Assembly: GCA_951406725.2 (NCBI GenBank)
Contig: OX597841.1
Location: 17,236,001 to 17,300,000, forward strand
Reading direction: 5' to 3'
DNA from: Octopus vulgaris
Taxonomy: Eukaryota
Length of the DNA: 64,000 nt
The notes beneath the pieces were generated by a model. The model ran no database searches. It saw nothing but the letters and a program-made list of their open reading frames with translations, and was not told the origin of the DNA. Positions 51,743 to 64,000 of this stretch are shown here, one piece after another (position 1 is the stretch's first letter; each line of letters opens with the position of its first letter). A program made the translations under genes and the position numbers.

Positions 51743-52474
51743 CTTACATCCGCCTTATGTTCTCAACGAGTACATTTACGTCAGGCCAAATTTTTACAGA
51801 ACTCTCGCTCATAAACACCATCGGGGCACAATAAAGCTTTTATATGCATTTCGTTCCTACAAATGGACCATTTGTTTCGCACTAAAAGACTTCTCAAGGC
51901 AGCTGTGAAGAACTCTGATCAGCGAAACAGATTGTACATTTTTAACTACCATGCATATGTATGTATGTGCATGCGTTTACATAAGCATACGTTATACGTG
52001 TGTATGTGTATGTGCGTGTTTCTGCGTATGTAAATGTGTATGTGTGAATATGCGCGTTTGCAAGGGAGTGAGTGTGTATGCATGTATGTGTGTGTGTGTG
52101 TATATATATATTTATATATATATATATATATGTCTGTGTGTGTATGTTTACACGTATAAACATATATAAAATGATATATATATATGCATGTATACACATA
52201 TATATATATATACCTATATAAAATTTGTGTGTAAGCGTGTACATATATATTTATCGATGTAAATACACGTAAGCTGGTCTCTCTTAATGTGTGTGTGTAT
52301 AAATATATAATATATATGTATATATATGTATATATATGTATATATATGTATATATATATATATGTGTGTATAAATATATACATATATATATATATGTATA
52401 TATATTTATATATGTGTGTGTGTATATGTATATATATATACATATGTATATATGTGTGTATATATATATATATA

Positions 52475-52515
<41 letters not shown>

Positions 52516-53059
52516 GTACATATGTATATATATGAACATATGTATATATATTTATATATATATATGTATGTATGTTATGTACGGCGCAAAACACGAACGT
52601 AAAACCTGTGAACCATTTTTATGGAGATTCCTGGAGCTGGCTACATTGTAATAAAAGTTGATAATGGTGAGATAGCACAGAGTAAAGAATCTCCAAACGT
52701 GTTTAACTGCGCGTGCGTGTATATACGTGTATACACATAAACATACAGAAGCATGTATATCAATATATATATCTGTGTGTGTGTATGTATGTATGTGTTG
52801 TCTATATTTGTCTGTGTGTTGGCCGTATAGACGTGTGTGTGCTACCACGAAGGGGAAAACACTAGGCGTTAAGACAAGAATTTATATACATGTATACACG
52901 CATCTATATACACTCACACTCGTACGTATGTATATGCACACATGCATACACTCAGGCGTACAGGTTGTTGCGTGGTTCGACCCCGCGACCTTAATATCCT
53001 CGTTACGTAAGATCGTGACATTGGAACAGACTACAAATTATGAAGAAAGATTTATGAGA

Positions 53060-54170
53060 ATCAGTCCTTCCAGTTATGACCACACCATCGTTTATTCAGG
53101 CATTGTGTATCTAGGACTACGTTATTTAATGTGTCCTTTGTTGTTAAGCCCCCATCTTAGACTTTATCCAGCAAAACTATGATTAAGGCTGTTCCAACCG
53201 TGACCATCACATCATTTATTCTGACATAGTGTATCTTGGACTACGTTATTTAATGTGTCCTTTGTTGTTAGACTTTATCCAGCAAAACTATGATTAAGGC
53301 TGTTCCAACCGTGACCATCACATCATTTATTCTGACATAGTGTATCTTGGACTACGTTATTTAATGTGTCCTTTGTTGTTAGACTTTATCTAGCAAAACT
53401 ATGATTAAGGCTGTTCCAACCGTGACCATCCCATCGTTTGTTCAGACATGATGTGCATCTTGGAACTACATTATGTAATGTGTCCTTTGTTATTGTTGTT
53501 GTTGCTATTATTTAACCCCTGGTTAGTCCTAATCCAGCAAGTATATGATCAAAGACAATCCAATTCTGACCATCCCTTCGTTTATTCAGGCATAGTGTAT
53601 CTAGGACTACAATGTCTGATGTGCCCATCTTCGTTGTTGTTGCTATTATTTAACCCCTGGTCAATCCTAATCCAGCAAGTATATGATCAAAGCCGTTCCA
53701 TCTGTGGCCATCCTGTCTTTTATCCTGGCATAGTGTACCTAGGACTACATTATCTAATGTGTCCATCCTTGTTGTTCTTAGTTTTTGGTCAGTCCTCACA
53801 CAGCATTTTTTTTATCAAAGACTTTCGAACTGTGACCATCCTGCCTTTTATTGCGGCATAATGTATCTAGGACTACGTTACCCAGTGTGTCCTTTGCTGT
53901 CGTTTAGCATCAGATCAGAGATAACCCGACAAACATATAATCAAATATGCTCCAAGGGTGACCATCCCGTCTATCAAACAGTCATCGTCTATCAAGGAAT
54001 ACATTGTCTAATGTGCCCTTCTTTGTTGTTGTTGTTGTTGTTGTTGTTGCTATTATTTAACCCCGGGTCAGTCCCAATCCGGCAGGCACATGCTCAAAGA
54101 TGATCCAATTCTGACCATTCCATCTTTTATTCAGGCATAGTATATCTTGGACTACAATGTGCCATGTGTC
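53060..54170. repeat. ~111-145-bp tandem repeat (about 9 units), same family as 6612-7265
   Basis: Cores near 53099, 53223, 53334, 53445, 53589, 53727, 53856, 53980 and 54134; three near-identical 111-bp units at 53160-53460. Confidence 0.88.
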
Positions 54171-54524
54171 CCTGACACATTGTTGATATGGTGGTGATGG
54201 TGGTGGTGGTGGTGATGAGTGCATATACGGTGATGTGATTATGGTGATGGTGATGATGATGATGACTGAAGTGGTGATGGCAGTGGTGAAGAGGATTCTG
54301 AGGGTAGAAGCGGCGGTGACGACGTGGTGGTGGCGGTGGTGGTGATGCTTCTTGCAGTGGCGGTGATGGTGATGGTTTTGGTGAGTGATGGTGATAGTAT
54401 TGGTTGTAGTGTTGGCCGTGTTCGTGGTGAATGTGTTGGTGGCGTTGCTAGTCGTGTTCGTAGAGGTGCTAGTGGTGACAGTGATGCATTCGTTGTATTA
54501 GTTGCGGTGGTAGTAGTGGCTATG

Positions 54525-55003
54525 GTAATGATGACAACGATGACAACGATGATGATGACGATAACAATGATGACGACAACGATGATAACGATGATGATGA
54601 TGACGATGATGACGATAACGATGATGATGATGATAACGATGATGATGATGACGATAACGATGATGATGACGATAACGATGATGATGACGATGACAACGAT
54701 GATGATGATGACGATGAAGACGATAATGATGATGATGATAACGATGATGATGCGGACGATAACGATGATGATGATGATGACGATAACGATGATGATGTTG
54801 ATGATGACGATGACGATGATGATGATGATGATGGCGATGATGATAATAACGATGATGATGATGATGACGATAACGATGATGATGATGATGACGATAACGA
54901 TGAGGATGATGATGATGACGATGATGATGACGATAACGATGATGCTGATGATGACGATATCGATGATGATGACGATAGCGATGATGATGATGACGATGAT
55001 GAC

Positions 55004-55035
<32 letters not shown>

Positions 55036-55220
55036 CGATAACGATGATGATGATGATGATGACGATAACGATGATGATGATGACAATGATGATGATGACG
55101 TTAACGATAATAACGATGATAATGATGACGATGACAACGATGATAATGATGACGATGAAAACGATGATGATGATAACGATGACTGTGATGATGTTGTTAA
55201 TGATGATGGTGGTGGTGCTG
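54525..55220. repeat. (GAT/GAC/AAC)n trinucleotide tract
   Basis: Direct inspection. Confidence 0.92.
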
Positions 55221-55379
55221 GTAGTGGCGGTGGTGGTGGTGTGATCGTGTCGGCTACTAATGAGAATAATTAATTCCCTTGGTGCTGTTTTTATTCTTGT
55301 TGTTGTTGTTGTTCTTCTTCTTCTTCTTCTTGCTGATGTGGTTGCGGTGGAGAAGGCCTGATATTCGTTTTAAAATCAT

Positions 55380-55437
<58 letters not shown>

Positions 55438-55713
55438 TTGGACGAACACATACACGCATACTGAAATACAAACATACACACATAGAAACATATAGACACA
55501 CGTACACACTTTGGCACATACACAGATATAAACACAAAAATACACACACATACACACACATAAACACACATAAACACACACACACAAACACATACGCTCT
55601 TTCACATCTACACACACACGCAATTACACACACAAACGTACGGATACAGACATACACACACACACACATTTACTCACTCACAAGCACACAAACATACACA
55701 TGAACACATAAAT

Positions 55714-55746
<33 letters not shown>

Positions 55747-55914
55747 CATAGGCAAACGCATGCATGCACATACACACATACACACAAAAATATACAAGGG
55801 CGCTGACATTCAAACATGCACCAGCGTGGTCGTAGCCTCAAGGCTGAAACATATGAAAGAATGAAAGTATATATACGTGTGTGTGTTTATATACATGTAT
55901 GTATATTTATATAC

Positions 55915-56456
<542 letters not shown>

Positions 56457-56554
56457 GCATATATATGTATATGCATATATATATCTGTGTGTGCATATAT
56501 ATATATACATATATATGTACGTATATATATGCATGTATATATATATATATATAG

Positions 56555-57120
56555 GACGGGCTTTTTTCAGTTTCCGTCTACCAAATCCACTCACAAGTCT
56601 TTGGTCTGCCCGAGGCTATAGTAGGAGACACTTGCCCAAGGTACCACGCAGTGGGACTGAACCCGGAACCATGTGGTTGGTAAGCAAGCCACTTACCACA
56701 CAGCCACTCCTACGCCTATATATATATATATATTTTTACTTGTTTCAGTCATTTGAAAGCGGCCATGCTGGAGCACCGCCTTTAGTCGAGCAAATCGACC
56801 CCAGGACTTATTCTTTGTAAGCCTAGTACTTATTCTATCGATCTCTTTTGCCGAACCGCTAAGTGACGGGGACGTAAACACACCAGCATCGGTTGTCAAG
56901 CAATGCTAGAGGGACAAACACAGACATACAAACATACACATACATTTATATATAAACATATATACGACAGACTTCTTTCAGTTTCCGTCTACCAAATCCA
57001 CTCACAAGGATTTGGTCGACCCGGGGATATATTAGGAAGACATTTGCCCAAGGTGCAACGCAGTGGGACTGAACCCGGAACAATGTGGTTGGTAAGCAAG
57101 CTACTTACCACACAGCCACT
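56555..57120 (-). mobile_element. SINE family A head (56555-56718) and full copy (56735-57120)
   Basis: Matches the family A consensus. Confidence 0.9.
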
Positions 57121-57767
57121 CATTCACACAGAATCGTACACACATTTTCGTACAAACACGAAGACGGATGCAAACACATACACACGAACATGTACACACA
57201 CACACTTAATAGCAACACTCTTAAACACACACATACTATACATGGACAGACATGAACACACACACACACACAAACACAGACACACACACACACACACACA
57301 AAGCCACATGTGAATACATGCAAGGTCCACATTAAATATGCATAAAAGAAATAACAAAACACATCAAAAAATATAATTTAAAAACAGCCACAACAGAACA
57401 AGTACTTTAAAAATGGTGGTTCCATGTGGGAGTGTGTATGTAGCTCTCTGTGTGTGCGTCTTAATACATATAAGTGTATATATGTGTGTGTGTGTGTGTA
57501 TATATATATATGTGTGTGTGTGTGTGTATTTATGTATGTATATATATATACATGTATGTACGCATGTATATATACATGTATGTACGTATGTGTGTATACA
57601 TGTATGTATATATACATGTATGTATGTATATATATATGTATGTATTACGTATGTATGTATGTGTGTGTATATATTTATATCCACGTACATACAGATATAT
57701 ATGCGTATGCATATATCTCTATACATAAGTATACATCTGTGCGTATGTATGTGTGTGTGTGTGTGTG

Positions 57768-57810
<43 letters not shown>

Positions 57811-58198
57811 ATCTCTCTGTATATTCATAAATATGCATGTATATATATATTTATATAAACTCACACATACATACACTCACATATATATATTTATATATAT
57901 ACGCATGTATATGTATATATTTGTATATATATATGTCTAAGAATATATGTGTTTATATATATGTAAAGGTATATATACGTGTGTACATGTTTGTGTATGT
58001 ATTTACGTGTGTGTCTATGCATATACATATGTGTGTGTGTGTGTATATATGCATGTGTGTATAAGTATATATACATATATATGTATATACGTATGTATGT
58101 ATACAGATAATACATATCCGCCAACATGTGTGTAAGCATATATATAGGCATATATGTATATATATATATATATACATATATATTAGAAGTCTTGGAGA

Positions 58199-58257
<59 letters not shown>

Positions 58258-59714
58258 CATATATATATATACATATATATATATATACATACATATGTAT
58301 ATATGTATTTCGATATATATATATATTTATAAATAAATATATACGTGCGCACACATACACATTTATACACACATACACACACAAACATACAGACATACAC
58401 ACATACACGCACGCACACACACACACACACCGTCGCACACCAAACGAAAAAACAATGTCAGGAGCTTCGACAACAATAACAACAACAGCAACAACAACAA
58501 GCGCAACAATAATCAAACAACAACAACTACACGAATATTCAGTGACATAAACAAAAAACAATGGCGGCAACAACAACAGCAAGAAGAACATCTTTACCCT
58601 GAGGGAATTTCTTTATCAACGGTGACTGTTTATTTTGACTTCAGGGCGACACCTGGTGGTGATGGTGGTGGTGCTGGTGCTGGTGTTGTTGTTGTTGTTG
58701 GTGTTGGTGTTGTTGTTGGTGGTGGTGGTGGTGGTCGTCGTGGTGATCGCGGTGTTGTTTTGTTGTTGTTGTTGGTGGTGGTGGTGGTGGTCGTCGTCGT
58801 CGTCATCGTTGTCGTGGTGATCGCGGTGGTGTCGGTGGTGGTGGTCATGGTGATTGTCGTGGTGGTGGTGGTGGTGGTGGTTGTCGTCGTGGTGGTGGTG
58901 GTGGTGGTGGTTGTCGTCGTGGTGATCGCGGTGGTGGTGTTGATGATGATGTTGTTGTTGATGATGATGTTGTTGTTGATGGTGGTGGTGGTGGTGGTGG
59001 TGGTGATAGCGGTGTTGTTGTTGTTGGTGGTGGTGGTGGTGGTCGTCGTCGTCGTCGTGGTGATCGCGGTGGTGTTGGTGGTGGTGGTCATGGTGATTGT
59101 CGTGGTGGTGGTGGTGGTCGTCGTCGTCGTCGTCGTAGTCGTGGTGATCGCTGCGGTGGTGGTGGTGATGATGGTGATTATCGCAGTGGTGGTGGTGGTG
59201 GTAGTGCTGGTGGTTAACGGTGATGGCAGATGGGGTCGATGGCAGCGATTGCCATGGTCGTCGAGAAGGTAGTGGTGGTGGTGGTGGTGGTGATTGTAGT
59301 GATGATGATGGTTGTTCTTGTTGTTGCTGTTGCTAGTAATGGTAGTGTTAGTTGTTGTGGTGGTGATGGTGTTGCTGGTTGTGGTGGTGGTGGTGATATT
59401 TGAGTGATGAATGAATGTGAAATAAGATTTTTTTGTGATGTGGAAGTCGCGGTGGCGGTGATGGTGGTGGTGGTGGTGGTGGTGGTGGTGGTGGTGGTGG
59501 TGGTGGTGGTGGTGGTGGTGGTGGTGGTGTGTCGAATATCTGTACCGTTGTTTGGAGTATGTTGAAGGTTCAAGGATTCAGAAATAAAAAGGGCTGAATG
59601 AGAAGTCAAGTAAAAAAAAAAAACAACAGAAAAAAAACCAGAAAAGAAAACAGGAAAGAAGAAAAAAAAGCAGAGGAAGGAAGAAAGGAAGGAAGGAAGG
59701 AAGGAAGGATCTGT

Positions 59715-59805
59715 TAGAAATGTGAAAATGGCTGCCGGACTGGTCTGAATGCGCATGCGTGTTGATGCAGTAATTGTTTGGGCCTTCTATTGGACGCTGA
59801 TTCAC
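59715..59805. promoter_or_regulatory. Candidate promoter/enhancer island: YY1 + NRF1 + CCAAT motifs
   Basis: AAAATGGCTGCC 59725-59736, TGCGCATGCGT 59750-59760 and ATTGG 59789-59793 within 70 bp of unique sequence. Confidence 0.45.
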
Positions 59806-59813
59806 TTTACCTA

Positions 59814-59861
<48 letters not shown>

Positions 59862-60188
59862 CATACATACATACATACATACATACATACATACACGTAT
59901 ATATATATATAAACTTATACATATTTATATACATACATATATATACTTTTGTATATTTATATGTATATATATATATACATACATATATATACATATATAT
60001 ACTTGTATATATATATATATATGTATATATATATTGATATATATAATACTATAAATAATATATATATATATATGTATGTATATATATATATATACACACA
60101 TATATATATATATACTCATATATATATATACATGTCTGTTTATATATGTGGCCCATATATATACATGTATATTTGTATAAATATACAA

Positions 60189-60229
<41 letters not shown>

Positions 60230-60303
60230 CACACACACACAGGCACACACACACACACATATATATATATATACATACATGTCTGTCTGTTTATATGTGT
60301 GCC

Positions 60304-60342
<39 letters not shown>

Positions 60343-60445
60343 CGTGTATATAGCTACAGCCGAAGGGCTGAAACGCAAAAGAGACTAAAGGAATAAAAAG
60401 GATATTTATACACAGAGGGCAAAAAAAGATAGAGAGAGAGTGGTG

Positions 60446-60486
<41 letters not shown>

Positions 60487-60679
60487 GTAGGTGGACGAAC
60501 GGACGGACTGACTGACTGACTGACTGACTGACAGGAGGTATATTAAGGCAGAAAGAGAGTGACAAAGAGTAGCAGACAAGTGTGTGTGTGTGTGTGTGTG
60601 GTTAAGAAAGGGGAACGGTGAAGAGTTGTTTGCAAGGAGTATGTATATGTATATATGTGTATATATATGTGTATATATG

Positions 60680-61031
60680 TCGTGAATTGATCGAAATGTG
60701 GTGTAGATAAACAGCCGACGACTGATGAAGGGTCGTTCTTTATGTTACTTGTTTTGTTTTCCGTTTGTTTCTCTCGCTGTTCGCAAAGAAAAAAGTCGTT
60801 TAGTATCCCATGTTATTTACGTTAACCGCGTGTGTACCGTTGGCGATTTTTTTTCCTCCGTCTTCCCTTCTCTGGATCTTTCCTTTTCCTATATCTCTGA
60901 CGAAGAGCTCCGCTCGAAACGTAAAACCCTCCTTCTTCCCTTCCTTCTTGAGCATCCAATAAGACTATATTTGTTCCACGTCCTCACATTGTTGTGTTTT
61001 CTCTTTGGGTTTTCATGTTTGGATTAACTTT
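60680..61031 (+). mobile_element. Penelope-like pseudo-LTR family P2 with hammerhead motif
   Basis: CTGACGA-a-GAGCtccGCTC-GAAA-cGTA at 60897-60923; TA-rich tracts on both sides. Confidence 0.7.
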
Positions 61032-61032
61032 A

Positions 61033-61063
<31 letters not shown>

Positions 61064-61064
61064 T

Positions 61065-61495
61065 TCTCTCTTTTTTCTCTCTCTTCTCCTCTCGCGTGAC
61101 CACTGGTCAACCAGCCTTTCGGCTTCTAACCAGCGCCACGAGAACATCGTTGTCTTCGTCTGCCGAAAAAGGCATTTTTTCCAAATACGCCAGCTAAACT
61201 AAGTTGTACTGTCTCAGTTGTAAGACACCCGCTGTTTTTGTCCTGTTATTACTATTATTGTTTTCTGTATTTATATTCGTGTGGCATCGTCCGTTTTTCT
61301 GTCCTTGTCTCGTATACATTCGATCCTTTTTCCAAGAAATCTAATGCTCGTAGCTTAGTTTTTCCTTGGGGCTGGCCGGATCGGAGCGAGGATGATCCGT
61401 TTCTTGACTGAAGATTGAAGGCTTCGAATGTCCCGTCCGTGTTTTTTGTATCGTCTTCTAAATGTTTTACGTTCTTGTCCCAGTTTGTATTTTTC

Positions 61496-61498
<3 letters not shown>
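61065..61498 (+). mobile_element. Penelope-like element 3' end (ORF C-terminus plus UTR)
   Basis: LL / frameshift / NQRHENIVVFVCRKRHFF resembles the LLNxRxE...CR C-terminus of GIY-YIG PLEs; flanked by (TA)n. Confidence 0.45.
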
Positions 61499-61552
<54 letters not shown>

Positions 61553-61558
<6 letters not shown>

Positions 61559-61865
61559 TGCCCCCTCGTTATCGAGTATGGCCATTGCATGAAACTTAAC
61601 TGTTACTGGTGCTGTGATCGAATGTGACTTTTTAGCCCAGCTAAAGATCTACAATGTCTTGTACAGAATTGGCAACTAAAACCTTTACTGGTAATAGCCA
61701 GATGTAGTTGTAACTGGGCTTCATGTACCTTTGCATGTCGTTTAAGTCCTCCTGCCGAATTACACTCTCTTCCACATGCCTGACATATATGATTAGTATG
61801 GTGTGTTACACCACCACCAGTGGCCAGGTTGTCACTCATCTATCTCGCTTTTATGACTACGAAGA
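61553..61865 (-). mobile_element. RTE-like LINE 3' end encoding two C2H2 fingers
   Basis: HICQACGRECNSAGGLKRHAKVH...FSCQFCTRHCRSLAGLKSHIRSQH*; 3' UTR TGGCCATACTCGATAACGAGGGGGCAGCCATCAT running into (TA)n. Confidence 0.7.
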
Positions 61866-62389
61866 TGTATATATATATACATACATATAAAATGGTTTCT
61901 TCTTTTTTTGTTTGGACACTGGCTTTTAACTATAGGTTTTCCTTATCTTGAAAAGTAATTTTTAATCGAAAAAAATTTCTAAACGATGAACTTTTATCTT
62001 ACCTTATATTTTATATATTACTTATCTATATGCTTCCTATATATATATGTTTTTTATATCTTTTTATATATCTATATATTTATATATTTCTTTATATTTT
62101 TATGTATTTATTATTCTAGATGTTGTAAGGTTTAAAAAATATATTTTTTTTTTTAGTCGCTAAAGTATTAATCATTAACTTTTAACCGCGATGGACTGTA
62201 TTCACACATTTTTCTTATATTTTTCTTATATGCTTGTATTGATGGGTTGTGTTTCATCTTCCGTGATTTTATACATGTATATTCTATGTGAAAGAGAAAG
62301 CATTATGTGATCAAATGTTCGAGATGTGAAATGTTACGTGGATGACCTTATATGTGTTTGTTCTGCAACCATAGTTTAATATACATAAC

Positions 62390-62565
62390 GGGAAAGTTTA
62401 CGAAAATAAACAGAAGACGAAGGCAGGTGGAGTACAAACAAACAAATGTATTAGTATAGCACTCAGGAATAGAAATAGAGAAAGTCTTTTACGTTTCGAG
62501 CCTACGCTCTTCTACAGAAAGATACACAGAAAAAACAAGGAGAGAAAAAATTGCGTGTAGGAGCA
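62390..62565 (-). mobile_element. Penelope-like pseudo-LTR family P1 with hammerhead-like motif (62484-62522)
   Basis: Minus strand TCTTT-CTGTAGA-a-GAGCgtagGCTC-GAAA-cGTA-AAAGA. Confidence 0.68.
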
Positions 62566-62588
62566 AACATAATATACATACATTAATA

Positions 62589-62622
<34 letters not shown>

Positions 62623-62939
62623 CATACATACATATATACATACATACATACATACATATATACATATATACATACATACATACATGTATGTATATATGCA
62701 TATATATTTTTTATTTACATTGTTATATGTATGTGTTTGTGTGTCTGTATATATATGTATATATACCCTCATCAGTACCGTCCTTACCACCACCATAGCC
62801 ATCACCACAATCAACACCACCACAGCCGCCGCCACCATCACAAACAACACTACCACCCTCGTTGCTGCCACCGACATCACCATGTCCGCTACCGCCACAA
62901 CCACCACCCTCAATGCTTTCACCAGTGCCGTTCCCCACC

Positions 62940-63600
62940 ACCAACATAACCATCACCATCACGACACCATCAGCAACAACGCCACCACCACAACCACAAC
63001 CACCACCACTACAACCACCTCCACAACCACCACCACCACCACCACAACCACCACCACCTCCACAACCACCACCACAACCACCACCACCACCACCACCAAA
63101 CCACCACCACCACCACAACCACCAAAACCACCACCACAACCACCACCACCACAACAACCACCACCACCATCACCACCACCACCACCACCACCACAAACAT
63201 CACCACCACCACAACTACCACCACCACAACCACCACCACCACCACCACAACCACTACCACCACAACCACCACAACCGCCACAACCACCACCACCACAACC
63301 ACCACAACCACCACCACCTCCACAACCACCACCACCACAAACATCTCCACCACCACAAACACCACCACCACCACCACAACTACCACCACCACCACCACCA
63401 ACCACCACCACCACCACAACCACCACCACCTCCACAACCACCACAACCACCACCACCTCCACAACCACCACCACCACCACCACCACCACCTCCACAACCA
63501 CCTCCACCACCACAACCACAACCACCACCACCTCCACCACCACAACTACCACCACCACCACAATCACTAATATTGCAACCGCTACAACCAACCCACATCC
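62940..63600. repeat. (CCA/CAA)n trinucleotide tract
   Basis: Direct inspection. Confidence 0.92.
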
Positions 63601-63912
63601 CACCAACCGTCTACTACACCCACTCACAACCACCAAGACCAACGCCGTCAAACGTAAAGTACCCCACCAACCGGGGTACCCCCGTCATCTGCCAGCGGAT
63701 TCGCTGTTATAGCGACAACACAACAGAGATGTGCGAAGTGTGAAATCTGTGCACCAACGCAGATGTTTTCTCGCATCATTCGATAAAGCCAACACTTGCC
63801 TTACATCGTTCGGTTTTCTATAACCTATAATGAGCGTTTGCATGTGTGTGTATGGCCATATATGTGTGTGCATGTGTGTGTGCGTGTGTGTACGTATGTG
63901 TAAGCGCATGTG

Positions 63913-63959
<47 letters not shown>

Positions 63960-64000
63960 GTGTGTATCTGCCTTTGTAAATACATATATGCGGATGTATG

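Noticed and set aside
61400-61440. Possible hammerhead (CTGAAGA...GAAT...GTC); also CTGATGA at 60722 and CTGAGGA at 8231
   Set aside because: GAAA box or the flanking stems could not be assembled convincingly
61603-61839. Host C2H2 zinc-finger gene
   Set aside because: No TGEKP linkers; it ends in a retroposon-like 3' UTR plus TA tract and has a similar element at 19645-19965
62684-63743. Mucin/extensin-like Thr/Pro/His-rich ORFs (also 2530-3669, 26309-27402 and 48856-49662)
   Set aside because: (CCA/CAA)n tracts lack stops by composition; starts lie in TA repeats; no signal peptide or splice context

Overview
Eukaryotic, AT-rich and saturated with microsatellites and retroelements. It is very probably Octopus genomic DNA from a large intron or intergenic region; this is inferred from the tRNA-derived SINE families and the extreme (TA)n/(GATA)n/trinucleotide load. 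No host protein-coding gene can be supported: almost every ORF in the track is a translated simple repeat or SINE. Real coding homology is limited to 5'-truncated non-LTR retrotransposon ends: RTE-clade C-termini, RTE-like ends with tandem C2H2 fingers, six R4/Dong-like restriction-like-endonuclease fragments and a Penelope-like C-terminus. Other notable content is (i) several Penelope-type terminal repeats with minimal type-I hammerhead motifs, one inside an apparently perfect 414-bp palindrome; (ii) retroelement families partitioned among different microsatellite types; (iii) head-to-tail SINE multimers with the same junction at separate loci; (iv) an ~210-bp-period array carrying 8 YY1-like AAGATGGCTGCC motifs; and (v) short unique islands with YY1/NRF1/CCAAT motifs. 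Family names come from pattern recognition, not database searches.
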